Source of the DNA: a virus
Virus record (IMG/VR): IMGVR_UViG_3300033688_000038
Location: 29,341-93,340 of that record
DNA: 64,000 nt
Reading direction: 5' to 3' (one strand)
Shown here: positions 9,931-20,178 of the stretch, piece after piece
How positions within the stretch are numbered: the first letter of the stretch is position 1
Layout: the number at the start of each line of letters is the position of its first letter
Made by a program: the position numbers and the translations under genes
The notes under the pieces: generated by a model
The model's input: the letters and a program-made list of their open reading frames with translations, nothing else
Databases searched by the model: none
Told to the model about the DNA's origin: nothing

Positions 9931-11646
9931 TTAAACAATCGGACCAGAATACCAGTTACCATCCTTATCTTGTAGGACGACACCCTCTGGTGTAATTTTA
10001 GCATTAACAAATTTACCACCTGGCTTTAGTTGTGCTAACATCTTCTTAGCATTCTTACCAGTCTCACCTTTATCATAAGCTGTACGAGATAGAACTGCTT
10101 GTGTTAAACCAGTCCAAGCACGAGATGCTTCCTCTGGAGTTGCATTAGGCTTCGGAGCCTTCATTAACATCTCACGAAGCATTTCTGGGTCAGTGATTGT
10201 AGCACCAGAGTCATCACGAAGTAGTGGTGTTATAGCAGAACTCATCTGAGTTACATATTCTGCAAGAGCAGGGTACTCACCCCTAAATTGCTCATCAACC
10301 CAAATCCCCATAAACCCTTTCTCATTCACACCAGCAAACTTACGCATAAGGGTATTGTACATTTCATCTGATGTATAATTAGATTTTTCAAGTTCTGACT
10401 GTGCCCCTTGATAAGCATCCTCTATACGACCAGCAGCAGTAAGAGCAGCAGTACCACGAGAAAGTGCCTTACGTTCAGCATCAGTTCCAGGTTCACCACC
10501 AGTAGAATTACCATCCATACGAGAAAGAGCATCTTTACCATAAGCTACCCATTTACCTTTAGGATCAATTTGACCAAGAACACCATTACGTGTTTGTTCT
10601 TTCCACATATTAGTTGTAGTTGCTTTCTTAAGTCCTCCAGATTCACCAGTTTGTACCCATTGTTCAATTGAATAAGGTTCATACCCACTAGCAATCATCT
10701 CATCACGGAAACTCTCACGCTTATCATGATTACGCATCCCAGTAAAAGATTCTGTAGCACCACCAAATGCAGTACCCAACCCTTCACCAGATAATAACCC
10801 TAATCCAAATCTAAGTAAACCAGCACTAAATGCTGGAGATTCATACCAATTGTCAGGTGTTTCCATTTTAGTGACAACTTTCTCTGCAGCCCTACCCATA
10901 GAAGATTCACCTTCCTCTAGTGGGGTGTGACCAGGAAGATCTACAGTCACATTACCTGTAGCATCACCCTTCCCTTCAGATTTATTCTTTACTGTATGTT
11001 CCATCTCTTTCTGCTGTTCAGATTTAACCTTAGTGTAAGGGTCAACTTCTTGATTACCCTTTTGGTACATCTTACCAATAACTTCATTCCATTGAGCTAA
11101 TTCACCAGGATCTTTAACTACTGATTTAAGGCTAGTCTCTACCTCTTTCTGACTAGCCCCACCATCTTTATAAGATTGAATTTTATTAAAGCGATCTTCA
11201 TTGTCAGCAGTTTTAACACCCTTAAGCACTTCACTATATTCTTTATTCATATCTGCAAAAGAAACGGGCTTGTTAGTATTCATAAGGACACCAGTACTCA
11301 TTGTACCCTCTTGATCTACACCTTCATATTTTTTATATTTAGTATTATAATCCCTATCACCTATAACAAGCTTCTCACCACCTTTTGCTATATCAAGAGC
11401 ACCACCAAAGAATTGATCTTTACCCTCATTATATAGTTTAGCTCCTTTTTCTAGACCTGGTTTATAACCATCACCACTTAACATAGATTTAACCACATTT
11501 CCAGCTGTATATGGATAAGAGGCTAACACCTTACCTGCACCTTTGTAAGCCTGTACAGGTCCACTATTTCTAACTGCATTTGAAGCATCTTCAATTGCAA
11601 GGTTGGCATTTAAAATACCCTCTGATGCTTTGTCAAATAAAGACAT
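9931..11646 (-). CDS. Putative internal virion/ejection protein, 571 aa
   Basis: Position in the ejection block; amphipathic segment 'FSAGLLRFGLGLLSGEGLGTAFGGA'; coupled to the upstream gene. Confidence 0.6.
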   Translation of the reverse strand: MSLFDKASEGILNANLAIEDASNAVRNSGPVQAYKGAGKVLASYPYTAGNVVKSMLSGDGYKPGLEKGAKLYNEGKDQFFGGALDIAKGGEKLVIGDRDYNTKYKKYEGVDQEGTMSTGVLMNTNKPVSFADMNKEYSEVLKGVKTADNEDRFNKIQSYKDGGASQKEVETSLKSVVKDPGELAQWNEVIGKMYQKGNQEVDPYTKVKSEQQKEMEHTVKNKSEGKGDATGNVTVDLPGHTPLEEGESSMGRAAEKVVTKMETPDNWYESPAFSAGLLRFGLGLLSGEGLGTAFGGATESFTGMRNHDKRESFRDEMIASGYEPYSIEQWVQTGESGGLKKATTTNMWKEQTRNGVLGQIDPKGKWVAYGKDALSRMDGNSTGGEPGTDAERKALSRGTAALTAAGRIEDAYQGAQSELEKSNYTSDEMYNTLMRKFAGVNEKGFMGIWVDEQFRGEYPALAEYVTQMSSAITPLLRDDSGATITDPEMLREMLMKAPKPNATPEEASRAWTGLTQAVLSRTAYDKGETGKNAKKMLAQLKPGGKFVNAKITPEGVVLQDKDGNWYSGPIV

Positions 11647-12125
11647 TACATTACTCCTTGTTGGTTATTACTTGGCTCTATCATAGAGGGATTAGGAATA
11701 GGTTGCCCCATTGGATCTTGAACAACACCAGACATAGCTCCAGCCATTTCAGGAGAAACCTGAGCCCCTTTAGAGTTCATAGCCTGCTGTTTATACTGTT
11801 CAATCATAGCGCTAATTCTTTTCTCTAACATCTCTGGAGGTAGATTTAAATCTTTAACCTCTTCCCTCATTGTCTTCACTGTGCCGATGAATTCATCCAT
11901 ACCTGTTTTAAATACAGGGTCTTGATTATAAAAATCAAAAGTATCTTTAAACATACCCTGTGGCTCAGGAGTTTCTTGAGTTGGACTCTTCATACCAGCA
12001 AGACCAGAGACTTCTTCAGCATAAGCTAAATCCTCTGGTTTATTAATTGGTAATTTTGTCTTAGCAAAACTTTCTTTCTTTTTTGTAGAGATTTCTTGTA
12101 ATCTCTGGGAGTAAAAATCTGTCAT
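11646..12125 (-). CDS. Hypothetical (probable virion) protein, 159 aa; start revised to MTDFYSQ
   Basis: AAGGA SD before the ATG at 12125; the longer 12209 start overlaps the promoter motif and has no SD. Confidence 0.7.
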   Translation of the reverse strand: MTDFYSQRLQEISTKKKESFAKTKLPINKPEDLAYAEEVSGLAGMKSPTQETPEPQGMFKDTFDFYNQDPVFKTGMDEFIGTVKTMREEVKDLNLPPEMLEKRISAMIEQYKQQAMNSKGAQVSPEMAGAMSGVVQDPMGQPIPNPSMIEPSNNQQGVM

Positions 12126-12181
12126 AATTATTTCCTTATCTGGCCAGATAATAAAAAAGGTTTGTAAACCTCTTACTATTA

Positions 12182-12210
12182 TATACAACAATAACAGTAA
12201 AAAACTCACA
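12182..12210 (-). promoter_or_regulatory. Putative late promoter TGTGAG-N16-TTGTATA
   Basis: One of six intergenic copies of the same bipartite motif. Confidence 0.75.
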
Positions 12211-12226
12211 AACCTTATTAATTTTA

Positions 12227-13177
12227 TTACATTAATGCACCATAGTTTACTTTTTTATAACCTTTCTTATCTTTAGATACTGCATCAGGTCTTTTCTTTT
12301 CAGCTTCTTGGGCAATAACACCTTCATCTTTACCAAATAAACCAAGAGCTTCACCTTTATCATTCCATTCCCACTCAGCAAGATCAATACCATCTTTAGT
12401 TTTAAGTTTATTACCATTCTTATCTTTTTTCTTTTTAATCTTCTTCTTAAGTTTCTCATCAGAATAACCCATAGCACCAGCACCAGACATTATACCACCA
12501 GCAGTAGCACCAATTCCTAGTAATTGCTCAAAAGGGCTAGCCCCTGGAGTGGTAGATGTACCACTACCAGTTGTATTCTGAGTACCACCCATATTACCAG
12601 AGATTAACTGTTGGTATGCCATTAAATCTTTAAGTGCCTGAGCTTGAGGTGTATTAGCAGATGCTTGTGTTTGTAGGTTTCCTATTTGACCAAATAGATT
12701 CCCCATACCTTGTGCAGCATTCATCTTATTAGCTTGTTCTTGTTGTTGGAATTGATTGATAGTTTGTGCTTGGTTATTAGAAATACTAGATGCTAAATCT
12801 CCACGAGCAATACCTTCAGCAATACCAGCACGAGAACCTCCAGATTGTCCTGCTGCATTAGAAGATTGTGTAATACCAGGCATTACATTCCTATCAAAAG
12901 CTTGTGTAGCTTGTTGAGCCTGTGATTGAAGAGCATTATTTAAAGCAGTCTTATCAGAATTCCCACTTAACACATCACCATACTGATTACCCATAGCAGC
13001 AAGTGCTTGTTCCATCCCAGGAATATAGTTAGGTTTATTACCACCTTGTGCTTGAGATAACCAAGAATCAGCATTACCTAATAGTTTATCAAAATAATCC
13101 TGTTGGTACATTTCATTTGTAGATGAAGATTCATTAGTACTAGTTGATGTTTTATCGCCACCCATTAAACTTCCCAT
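12227..13177 (-). CDS. Putative ejection/pilot protein with a C-terminal peptidase S74-like chaperone domain, 316 aa (start MGSLMGG)
   Basis: Gln/Ser/Gly-rich pilot-protein-like body; C-terminus 'YSDEKLKKKI...EGVIAQEAEKKRPDAV...GYKKVNYGAL' fits the S74 pattern; AAGGA SD before 13177. Confidence 0.7.
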   Translation of the reverse strand: MGSLMGGDKTSTSTNESSSTNEMYQQDYFDKLLGNADSWLSQAQGGNKPNYIPGMEQALAAMGNQYGDVLSGNSDKTALNNALQSQAQQATQAFDRNVMPGITQSSNAAGQSGGSRAGIAEGIARGDLASSISNNQAQTINQFQQQEQANKMNAAQGMGNLFGQIGNLQTQASANTPQAQALKDLMAYQQLISGNMGGTQNTTGSGTSTTPGASPFEQLLGIGATAGGIMSGAGAMGYSDEKLKKKIKKKKDKNGNKLKTKDGIDLAEWEWNDKGEALGLFGKDEGVIAQEAEKKRPDAVSKDKKGYKKVNYGALM

Positions 13178-13225
13178 TTTATAATTCCTTATTGTATTTT
13201 TCAAAAATAAAACAACTCACTGGTA

Positions 13226-14242
13226 TTAGCTTATATAGTCTTTAAAACTAAAACCACTCCCAAGCTGTCCTGCTCCAGATGGTGCTGTTGCCATACGAAC
13301 ACCAGGGGGTGGTGGTGCTTGTCTACTAGACCCTTTAATCCCACTAGTAGCATACTGTAACATCTTACCCATTTTATCCCAATCAATTTGTTTTTCTAGG
13401 AGATTACCAGGATTTGTTTGAGCATTATTACTTTTAATAGCACTAGCGGCAATCTTATCGCCAGCTTTAGCTCTACCAGATAATACTTCAGGACTAAGTC
13501 CAGTGTGGACTGGACTCATCATAGCACCAGTACCAGCCTCACTAGATCCAGCATTAGTCCCTTCAGCAATGGTTCCTTCAGATCCAAGATTACCAGCAAA
13601 AGTCCTACCAAACAAACCATCTCTCCCTAGTTTTTCTACAAAACCATCATTAGATGTATCTACAGGTGTAAAACCACCTATATCTTTAAACCCTGTAAAT
13701 AGGGCCCCTTTCTCAGGGGTGACTGGTGTAACCTCTTGGGGTACTACTGTGCTGCCCTGTGGTTGTTGAGATATCTTTTCCATATAATCCTTAGCACTCA
13801 CTTGATTTCCATCCTTGAATGAAGATAAATCACCACTCTTTAAAGCTTTCATGACATTACCATGACCAGTTAAATGAGCAGCAGCTCTAACATTATCTGG
13901 TGTAATTTCAACACCATCAATAGTTTTACCATAATATTGATCTAGTTTAAAATGCTTAGTGCGCTTATCTAGTACGTTATTCCACTCACCTTGTATCTTC
14001 TCTTGGGCCTTTGCATCTCCTAAGAAGTCATCCATTGAGTTAATTTTATTCTTATTTTTCCAGTTACTTGGATTACTCATCCAATCTTTTTGAGAAACAT
14101 CTTTAGGTTTCTTTTTAAGATAACCCAAATCAGAGAGCGCATCAGCGCCCATCTGATAAGAGCCAGCATAACCGAATTGATTAACAGCAGTAGAGTCACC
14201 AGAGGATTCCATTTGCTTTAACCTTTCGTTATAATCAGCCAT
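13226..14242 (-). CDS. Virion-associated lysozyme/transglycosylase-like peptidoglycan hydrolase, 338 aa
   Basis: 'ESSGDSTAVNQFGYAGSYQMG', 'AAAHLTGHG' and 'DGNQVSAKDY' are motifs of lysozyme-like superfamily phage proteins; low-complexity C-terminal half. Confidence 0.7.
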   Translation of the reverse strand: MADYNERLKQMESSGDSTAVNQFGYAGSYQMGADALSDLGYLKKKPKDVSQKDWMSNPSNWKNKNKINSMDDFLGDAKAQEKIQGEWNNVLDKRTKHFKLDQYYGKTIDGVEITPDNVRAAAHLTGHGNVMKALKSGDLSSFKDGNQVSAKDYMEKISQQPQGSTVVPQEVTPVTPEKGALFTGFKDIGGFTPVDTSNDGFVEKLGRDGLFGRTFAGNLGSEGTIAEGTNAGSSEAGTGAMMSPVHTGLSPEVLSGRAKAGDKIAASAIKSNNAQTNPGNLLEKQIDWDKMGKMLQYATSGIKGSSRQAPPPPGVRMATAPSGAGQLGSGFSFKDYIS

Positions 14243-14598
14243 TATTTTCTCCCTTGGTGCTCAATACTGAAATGATTAGCGTCATTAAAATCAATACCGC
14301 TAGTACCACCAATCTTTTTCCAATAATCAGTGATATCCTTATAAGCTGGATGACCGCCATCTGTAATATAAACACCATCTACGAATAGGTTAAAATCAAT
14401 AGCAAGACGGCTCTTGTGGAGGCTCTTAGAGGACCCATAACCCTTCTTGGTACCAACATCACCATGTAAGCGAGGGTCTCTGTAAGCATCCCCCAATGTC
14501 ATCTCATATCCTTTACTATAAGCATAAATGATTAGTTGAGCAATCATATATGTTAGTTTTCTCTGTTTCTGACCTAAGGTCAAATTTTTATCAGTCAT
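14242..14598 (-). CDS. Endolysin, peptidase M15 family, 118 aa
   Basis: 'GDAYR', 'SLHKSRLAIDF' (SxH...D) and 'DANHFS' Zn-binding motifs. Confidence 0.85.
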   Translation of the reverse strand: MTDKNLTLGQKQRKLTYMIAQLIIYAYSKGYEMTLGDAYRDPRLHGDVGTKKGYGSSKSLHKSRLAIDFNLFVDGVYITDGGHPAYKDITDYWKKIGGTSGIDFNDANHFSIEHQGRK

Positions 14599-14672
14599 AA
14601 ATAATCTCCTTATTTTTCTATTAATATTATAGTGAAACTATCAATATAACAATCTACAATCAAAGAGCTTTG

Positions 14673-17600
14673 TTATGCAGTAATATAACGACTGGTTGCA
14701 TATGAGCTATATTCAACCAGTCTCGACTCACCACTCCACGTTGCGTACTCACTACTATACATTAGGCAGTAATAGCGAGCAGTTGTATTTGCAGGGATTC
14801 TGAATTTACAGTCACCACTAACATGAGCGCGTGACGTTGAACCACCACTTGAGTAAGCCTTACCACTCTGAGTATAAACCACCTGTCCAGAGTGACTATC
14901 TTTGCGCCATTCAACGCGCCACTGGAACTCACGAGCAGAACTCACCATCTGCACGCCCATATTATCAACTTGCATCCACTTATCAAGAGGTTCACCCTTT
15001 ACGTGAAATGTTGCTACTTGCCTCGTTCCTCGAATTGAGCCTGTTTGATTATTTGATGCAAGTGACGCAAAGCCATAAATATCACCACTAATCTGACCTG
15101 CAACAATACTAGCAGCAGTTAATTGTCCAACAACAAGTGAGCCACTTATTGAGCCTGATGTTGCGTAAACAGCACCTCGAATAATAACGTTATTAAACTC
15201 AGCAGAGCCAGCGCGATTGATAGCCCAACCCCTTGAACCAGATAAGAAATCACTTGATTTGATTTGAGTATTTGATTGGTCTAAGTAAATCTGACCATTA
15301 ATCACAGATACACCACTATTAGCTGTGTTAGCTGCACCTTGAGCTGTGTTAGCTGTACTTTGAGCTGCATTAGCTGCGTTTTGTGCTGCACTTACTTGAC
15401 TGGATGTGGCTGCTCCAATAGAACCTGTAGTTACATTACCATTATCAATCTCTGGAGGAATACTACCAGTAAGAGTTAATGACTCAGCAACAATATGACC
15501 AGTAAGGTTAGATCCTGGTTTAGAATTAATAGTACCATTGACTGTAGCATTATTACACATCATATTACCATTAGATTCAACCCTGAAATTAGGAGATTTT
15601 TCACTAGGAACATAAATATTACCACCTATAAAACGAGAACCTTGTAGAGCACCACCAGAGATTGTACCTGTGGCAGTCATACCAATTGATGTAACACTCT
15701 GAGCAACCAACTCAGTAGCATTAATCTTACCAATAATATCAGCACTCCTAGCAGTCAGGTGACCAGAGTCAGTAACAATGAAAGTACCAGCACCATTTCG
15801 AATATTAGTACCAGTGATTGTACCACCAGTTATAGAACCAGTAGCTGTAAGGTTTATAGTTCCAACTCGTTTAACTTCAAGATTATCAGCAGTTATATTA
15901 CCAACAATTGTGGCACCTTTGGCATTCAAGATACCAGCAGAAGTGACACTAAATTTATCAGTAATAGCTATGCTACTAGCTTCAATCCTAGAACCAGTCA
16001 CTGTCCCACGGAATGTACCATTAGTAGCGTTAATAGTGCCAGTAAAAGAACCAGAAGTTGCTGTAATAGCCCCTGTTATAGTTGCACCAGTGGCGTTTAA
16101 TACACCAGCTGAATTAACAATGAATTTATTATTAATATTAATGCTACCACCACTAATAGTGGAACCAGTAACAGTTCCTGTAAAAGTACCATTTGTGGCA
16201 TTCACTGTTCCAGTAAAAGAACCAGAAGTTGCTGTAATAGCCCCTGTTATATTAGCGCTTGTAGCGGTAAGGATTCCTGTAGAAGTAACACTGAACTTAT
16301 CAGTAACACCTATACTACCACCTTCAATCCTAGAACCAGTTACTGTTCCAGTGAAAGTACTATTAGTAGCTTTAATAGTACCAGTAAAAGTACCAGAAGT
16401 AGCTGTGATTTTACCAGTAATATCAGCACTTGTGGCTTTAAGTGATCCAGTTGGACTGACACTAAAACCACTACCATTCGTAAACTGAGTACCACTAATA
16501 GTGCCACCAGTAATTGTACCTGTACCTAAGATATTAGTACCACGGAAGCTGATAGCTTCTATAAAACCCCCCTTAATGACAGGAGCCTCAATAGATGTTC
16601 CAGCAACAATCTTGTCACCACTTATAGTTTTACCAATAATCTTATCACCGCTAATAGTAGCAGCTCTGATTTTATCACCTGTAATAGTATTAGCTACAAG
16701 CTTATCACCAGTAAGAGTTCCATTAATAAGGATATTACCATTAAGAACCATGTCAAAATCTGTCCAATCACTTCCGTCATAAGTTTTAGAGTTTGTTTGA
16801 GATTTAGCACTATTAACAAATGTTAAACCATCTGATTTAACAGGAGCCCTTCCTACAAAGTTTTGAAACAAAGTGGAAGCATTACTTGGCCAGGCAGCAG
16901 CAGCACTATTATTGATTATAGTATAATGCCCTGCACCAGGGGCACCTGGATCACCTGGCTTTCCATGACTCCCAGAACTACCATCTTCACCAGTTAATCT
17001 AACAGGTGTTGTCCAATTAGTTTGCTTAGTACCATCGCTCCACTGTAATCGCTCTGTGTACCATAAGAATTTACCATCACCCACCGCAGGTGTTGTCGTT
17101 GTCCACCCACTACCTGGTAGTCCAGGTGCAGTTGGGGTAAAAGATGGATAGGTTGTTTTTGTACCTACACTAAAAGCTCTACCAGCAATAGTAGTATCTG
17201 GAGTAGAGTATTTAACAGGTGCAGACCAAGTACCGATTAAGGTATTATTACCTGTATCAATTTTAACAACAGAAGTCCATACAAAATTATTATCAGGGTG
17301 AGATACACTAGGAACACTTACTGTCCAACCAGGAGGGTTTCTGTTATCATTATCAATAACAGGAATACTCGTTGAAGTTTTATATCGAGTCTCTGCACCA
17401 ATACCATCTACAGCAGTAGATCTATAAGGTGTTGTCCAATTAGTTTGCTTAGTACCATCGCTCCATTCTAATCTACTAGTATTCCAAACATATTTTCCAT
17501 AAGGCACATTACTAGGAGTAGTCAAAATCCAATCACTACCTGGTAGGCCAACAGAATTAGGATCAAAAGATGGATATGATGTATTAGTTCCAATAGCAAA

Positions 17601-20117
17601 AGCATCCTTTGAGATTGTAGTATCAGGTGTTGCATATTTAGCTGGGTCTGACCAAGTTCCAATGATCATATTATTAGAGGTATCTATTTTACAAATAGTA
17701 ATCCAAACGTAACTATTATTAGGGTGTGAAACATTGGGAATATTCAAACCCCACCCTGCAGGCTCTCTATCTCCAGATGCTAATGAAGGTTTACTAGTGG
17801 ATGATTTATAGCGAGCTTCAGAACTAATACCATCTACAGCAGTAGATCTATAAGGTGTAGTCCAATTGGTTTGCTTATCTCCATTAGTCCATTCTAATCT
17901 TTCAGTATTCCAAACATACTGACCACGAGAAAGACCAGTAGGTTGTTTTGTACTCCAAGATGTTCCAGGAAGGTCAACAGCAGCAGGATCAAAAGGTGGG
18001 TATGTAGTTCCAGTACCTACTGCATACGCTTTAGTGGCTTGTGTTGTATCGGGTGTTGCATATTTAGCTGGGGGTTGCCAATTAGTTGCTAAGACATCAT
18101 TAACAAGATCTATACTAGCAGTTGTAGCCCAAACATAACTTTGATTAGGGTGAGCCACAGGTGGTATATTATTAGACCAACCTGCAGGATTCCTATCAGT
18201 CACAATAAGGGCAGGTGTTTTAGTAGAAGCTATGTATCTAGTTTCAAAACCCAAACCATCGATAGCAGTAGATCTATAAGGTGTAGTCCAATTGGTTTGT
18301 TTAGTACCATCAGACCACTCTAATCTTTCAGTATTCCAAACATACTGACCTTTATTGAGATTTGTAGGTTGTGTATCAGTCCATGCTGGTCCAGGAGCTT
18401 CAGGGTTAGCTGGATTAAAAGCAGGATAACCAGAAATCGTACCAACAGAGTACATCTTATGAGCTAATGTAGTATCAGGTGTTGCATATTTAGTTGGATC
18501 TTGCCAATTAGTCACAAGCTCATCATTAACTGAATCAACCGTAGCTACAGTAATCCAAACATAACTTTGATTAGGATGAGATACTGGAGGAAGATGTTTA
18601 GTCCAACCTTCAGGGTTTCTATCAGTTACAACAATAGATGGCTTATTAGTGGAAGCTTTATATCTATTTTCAAAATTAGTACTATCAACAGCAGCAGACC
18701 TATAAGGTGTAGTCCAAGGGGATTGCGCAGCACCAGATGTCCACTCTAATCTCTCAGTTGTCCATACATACTGTCCTTTTTCTAAATTAGAAGGATACTC
18801 TATATGCCAATCTGGACCAGGGAGTTTTTCACTTACAGGTGTAAATGAAGGATAACTATCTTTTGGGCCAACAGCATATGCACGAGCTGCTTGGGTAGTG
18901 TCAGGTGTAGAAAACTTAGATGGTTCAGACCAATCTTGTTGCATCTCTTCAAAGCGATTAACAATACCAGTGATAATCCAAATATAATTACCATCAGGAT
19001 GTGAAGCACTAGGTATATTTGTAACCCAAGGTCTAGTACCAAACATAGGATCTCTAACTTTTGGATTACTTACATTAGGCTCATTGGTAGAAGAAATATA
19101 TCTAGACTCAACATAAGCCCCTTGGATAGAGTTAATCTGATAAGGGGTTGTCCACACTGTTTGTGGGTATCCATCTGTCCACTCTAATCTATCTGACCTC
19201 CATAAGTACCAATTCTTATCTAAATCTGGTGGTTCAGTTGAAGACCAATCATCACCTGGCAAACCCTTAGCACTGGCATCAAAAGCAGGATATTTCTCCT
19301 CTTTTGATTTTGCATAAGCAACTGCTGCTTTTGTTGTATCAGGTGTAGAGTATCTACTTGGTTCAGACCAACCCTCATTGAAAACTTCAGTACCTTTGAC
19401 GGTAGCTACAGTAACCCATACATAACTTTCATCTGGATGAGTTACTTGAGGCATATCTTTAGAGAATACAACACCTTTATCAGTATAAGGTATACGTTCA
19501 AACTTGTCTCTAACAACAGGTTGTAATGTAGAAGGTAAGAATCTTTGCTCTGATGACCAACCATCCTCACCTGGAGGACCAGAATCACCCTGAGAGTTGA
19601 AGATTAGTGGTTCAGACCAATCAACATCAGGCTCTTCGCCTACATGTGCAAGAGCCGCAACAGAAATCCACTGTGTTGTATCTTCTAAGCTAACACTAGG
19701 AATGTATTTCCAAATACCCAAATCATCAGGTAGATATTTATCCCTAGGTGGCTTATCAGGGGTTTGAGCACCTTTCACTGTAACAGTGTAAACAGTTAAT
19801 GTTTGAGTAAGTGCAGAAGGGTCATTAATCATCTTCCACCATCTTTTATCTTTATATAACCATACACCAGAAGATGTTATTTCTGAATCTTTAACAGCTT
19901 GAGTAAAGAAGATAGTCATACCTTCTTTGAAACGGGCAGGTAATTCAGATTGAGGAGGGAATACACCTCCCTCAATTATGTTATTCAATTTACCACCTAA
20001 ATCAAGAAACTCATCATTTAAGTACACTGGAATATCTTCTTGATTTGCTGGGGTAGGTCGAGACCTATAAGCACCTGCATTAGGTCCAGACCCCACGAAA
20101 CTGCCACGGCTCGACAT
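14673..20117 (-). CDS. Large tail/host-recognition protein, 1814 aa, with six ~142-aa repeats and C-terminal G/T/S-rich beta repeats
   Basis: Follows the nozzle gene; tandem repeats; 'GWAINRAGSAEFNNVIIRG' recalls lambda J-like C-terminal regions. Confidence 0.7.
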   Translation of the reverse strand: MSSRGSFVGSGPNAGAYRSRPTPANQEDIPVYLNDEFLDLGGKLNNIIEGGVFPPQSELPARFKEGMTIFFTQAVKDSEITSSGVWLYKDKRWWKMINDPSALTQTLTVYTVTVKGAQTPDKPPRDKYLPDDLGIWKYIPSVSLEDTTQWISVAALAHVGEEPDVDWSEPLIFNSQGDSGPPGEDGWSSEQRFLPSTLQPVVRDKFERIPYTDKGVVFSKDMPQVTHPDESYVWVTVATVKGTEVFNEGWSEPSRYSTPDTTKAAVAYAKSKEEKYPAFDASAKGLPGDDWSSTEPPDLDKNWYLWRSDRLEWTDGYPQTVWTTPYQINSIQGAYVESRYISSTNEPNVSNPKVRDPMFGTRPWVTNIPSASHPDGNYIWIITGIVNRFEEMQQDWSEPSKFSTPDTTQAARAYAVGPKDSYPSFTPVSEKLPGPDWHIEYPSNLEKGQYVWTTERLEWTSGAAQSPWTTPYRSAAVDSTNFENRYKASTNKPSIVVTDRNPEGWTKHLPPVSHPNQSYVWITVATVDSVNDELVTNWQDPTKYATPDTTLAHKMYSVGTISGYPAFNPANPEAPGPAWTDTQPTNLNKGQYVWNTERLEWSDGTKQTNWTTPYRSTAIDGLGFETRYIASTKTPALIVTDRNPAGWSNNIPPVAHPNQSYVWATTASIDLVNDVLATNWQPPAKYATPDTTQATKAYAVGTGTTYPPFDPAAVDLPGTSWSTKQPTGLSRGQYVWNTERLEWTNGDKQTNWTTPYRSTAVDGISSEARYKSSTSKPSLASGDREPAGWGLNIPNVSHPNNSYVWITICKIDTSNNMIIGTWSDPAKYATPDTTISKDAFAIGTNTSYPSFDPNSVGLPGSDWILTTPSNVPYGKYVWNTSRLEWSDGTKQTNWTTPYRSTAVDGIGAETRYKTSTSIPVIDNDNRNPPGWTVSVPSVSHPDNNFVWTSVVKIDTGNNTLIGTWSAPVKYSTPDTTIAGRAFSVGTKTTYPSFTPTAPGLPGSGWTTTTPAVGDGKFLWYTERLQWSDGTKQTNWTTPVRLTGEDGSSGSHGKPGDPGAPGAGHYTIINNSAAAAWPSNASTLFQNFVGRAPVKSDGLTFVNSAKSQTNSKTYDGSDWTDFDMVLNGNILINGTLTGDKLVANTITGDKIRAATISGDKIIGKTISGDKIVAGTSIEAPVIKGGFIEAISFRGTNILGTGTITGGTISGTQFTNGSGFSVSPTGSLKATSADITGKITATSGTFTGTIKATNSTFTGTVTGSRIEGGSIGVTDKFSVTSTGILTATSANITGAITATSGSFTGTVNATNGTFTGTVTGSTISGGSININNKFIVNSAGVLNATGATITGAITATSGSFTGTINATNGTFRGTVTGSRIEASSIAITDKFSVTSAGILNAKGATIVGNITADNLEVKRVGTINLTATGSITGGTITGTNIRNGAGTFIVTDSGHLTARSADIIGKINATELVAQSVTSIGMTATGTISGGALQGSRFIGGNIYVPSEKSPNFRVESNGNMMCNNATVNGTINSKPGSNLTGHIVAESLTLTGSIPPEIDNGNVTTGSIGAATSSQVSAAQNAANAAQSTANTAQGAANTANSGVSVINGQIYLDQSNTQIKSSDFLSGSRGWAINRAGSAEFNNVIIRGAVYATSGSISGSLVVGQLTAASIVAGQISGDIYGFASLASNNQTGSIRGTRQVATFHVKGEPLDKWMQVDNMGVQMVSSAREFQWRVEWRKDSHSGQVVYTQSGKAYSSGGSTSRAHVSGDCKFRIPANTTARYYCLMYSSEYATWSGESRLVEYSSYATSRYITA
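15870..16400 (-). repeat. 171-nt (57-aa) tandem repeat, three clear copies
   Basis: ccagtaaaag at 16039, 16210 and 16381; 42 nt identical between 16039-16080 and 16210-16251. Confidence 0.85.
17000..19560 (-). repeat. Six tandem ~426-nt (~142-aa) repeats
   Basis: 'WTTPYRS' anchors at 17421, 17847, 18273 and 18699 (426-nt period), with more divergent copies near 17002 and 19141. Confidence 0.9.
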
Positions 20118-20150
20118 ATTAACTCCTTATTTTAGTAATTATAAATATAT

Positions 20151-20178
20151 TATACAATAAATTAATGAAAAACTCACA
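20151..20178 (-). promoter_or_regulatory. Putative late promoter TGTGAG-N15-TTGTATA
   Basis: Motif copy immediately after the nozzle stop and upstream of the 1814-aa gene. Confidence 0.75.

Noticed and set aside
13195-13225. GTGAG box upstream of the pilot-protein gene
   Set aside because: No TTGTATA at the 15-16-nt spacing.
14641-14672. Partial promoter-like sequence upstream of the endolysin
   Set aside because: The upstream box does not match TGTGAG and the downstream box is degenerate.
15759-16782. + strand ORFs, including 15778-16488 with 'VPVKEPEVAVIAP' repeats
   Set aside because: Mirror of the G/T/A/I repeats of the 1814-aa gene.
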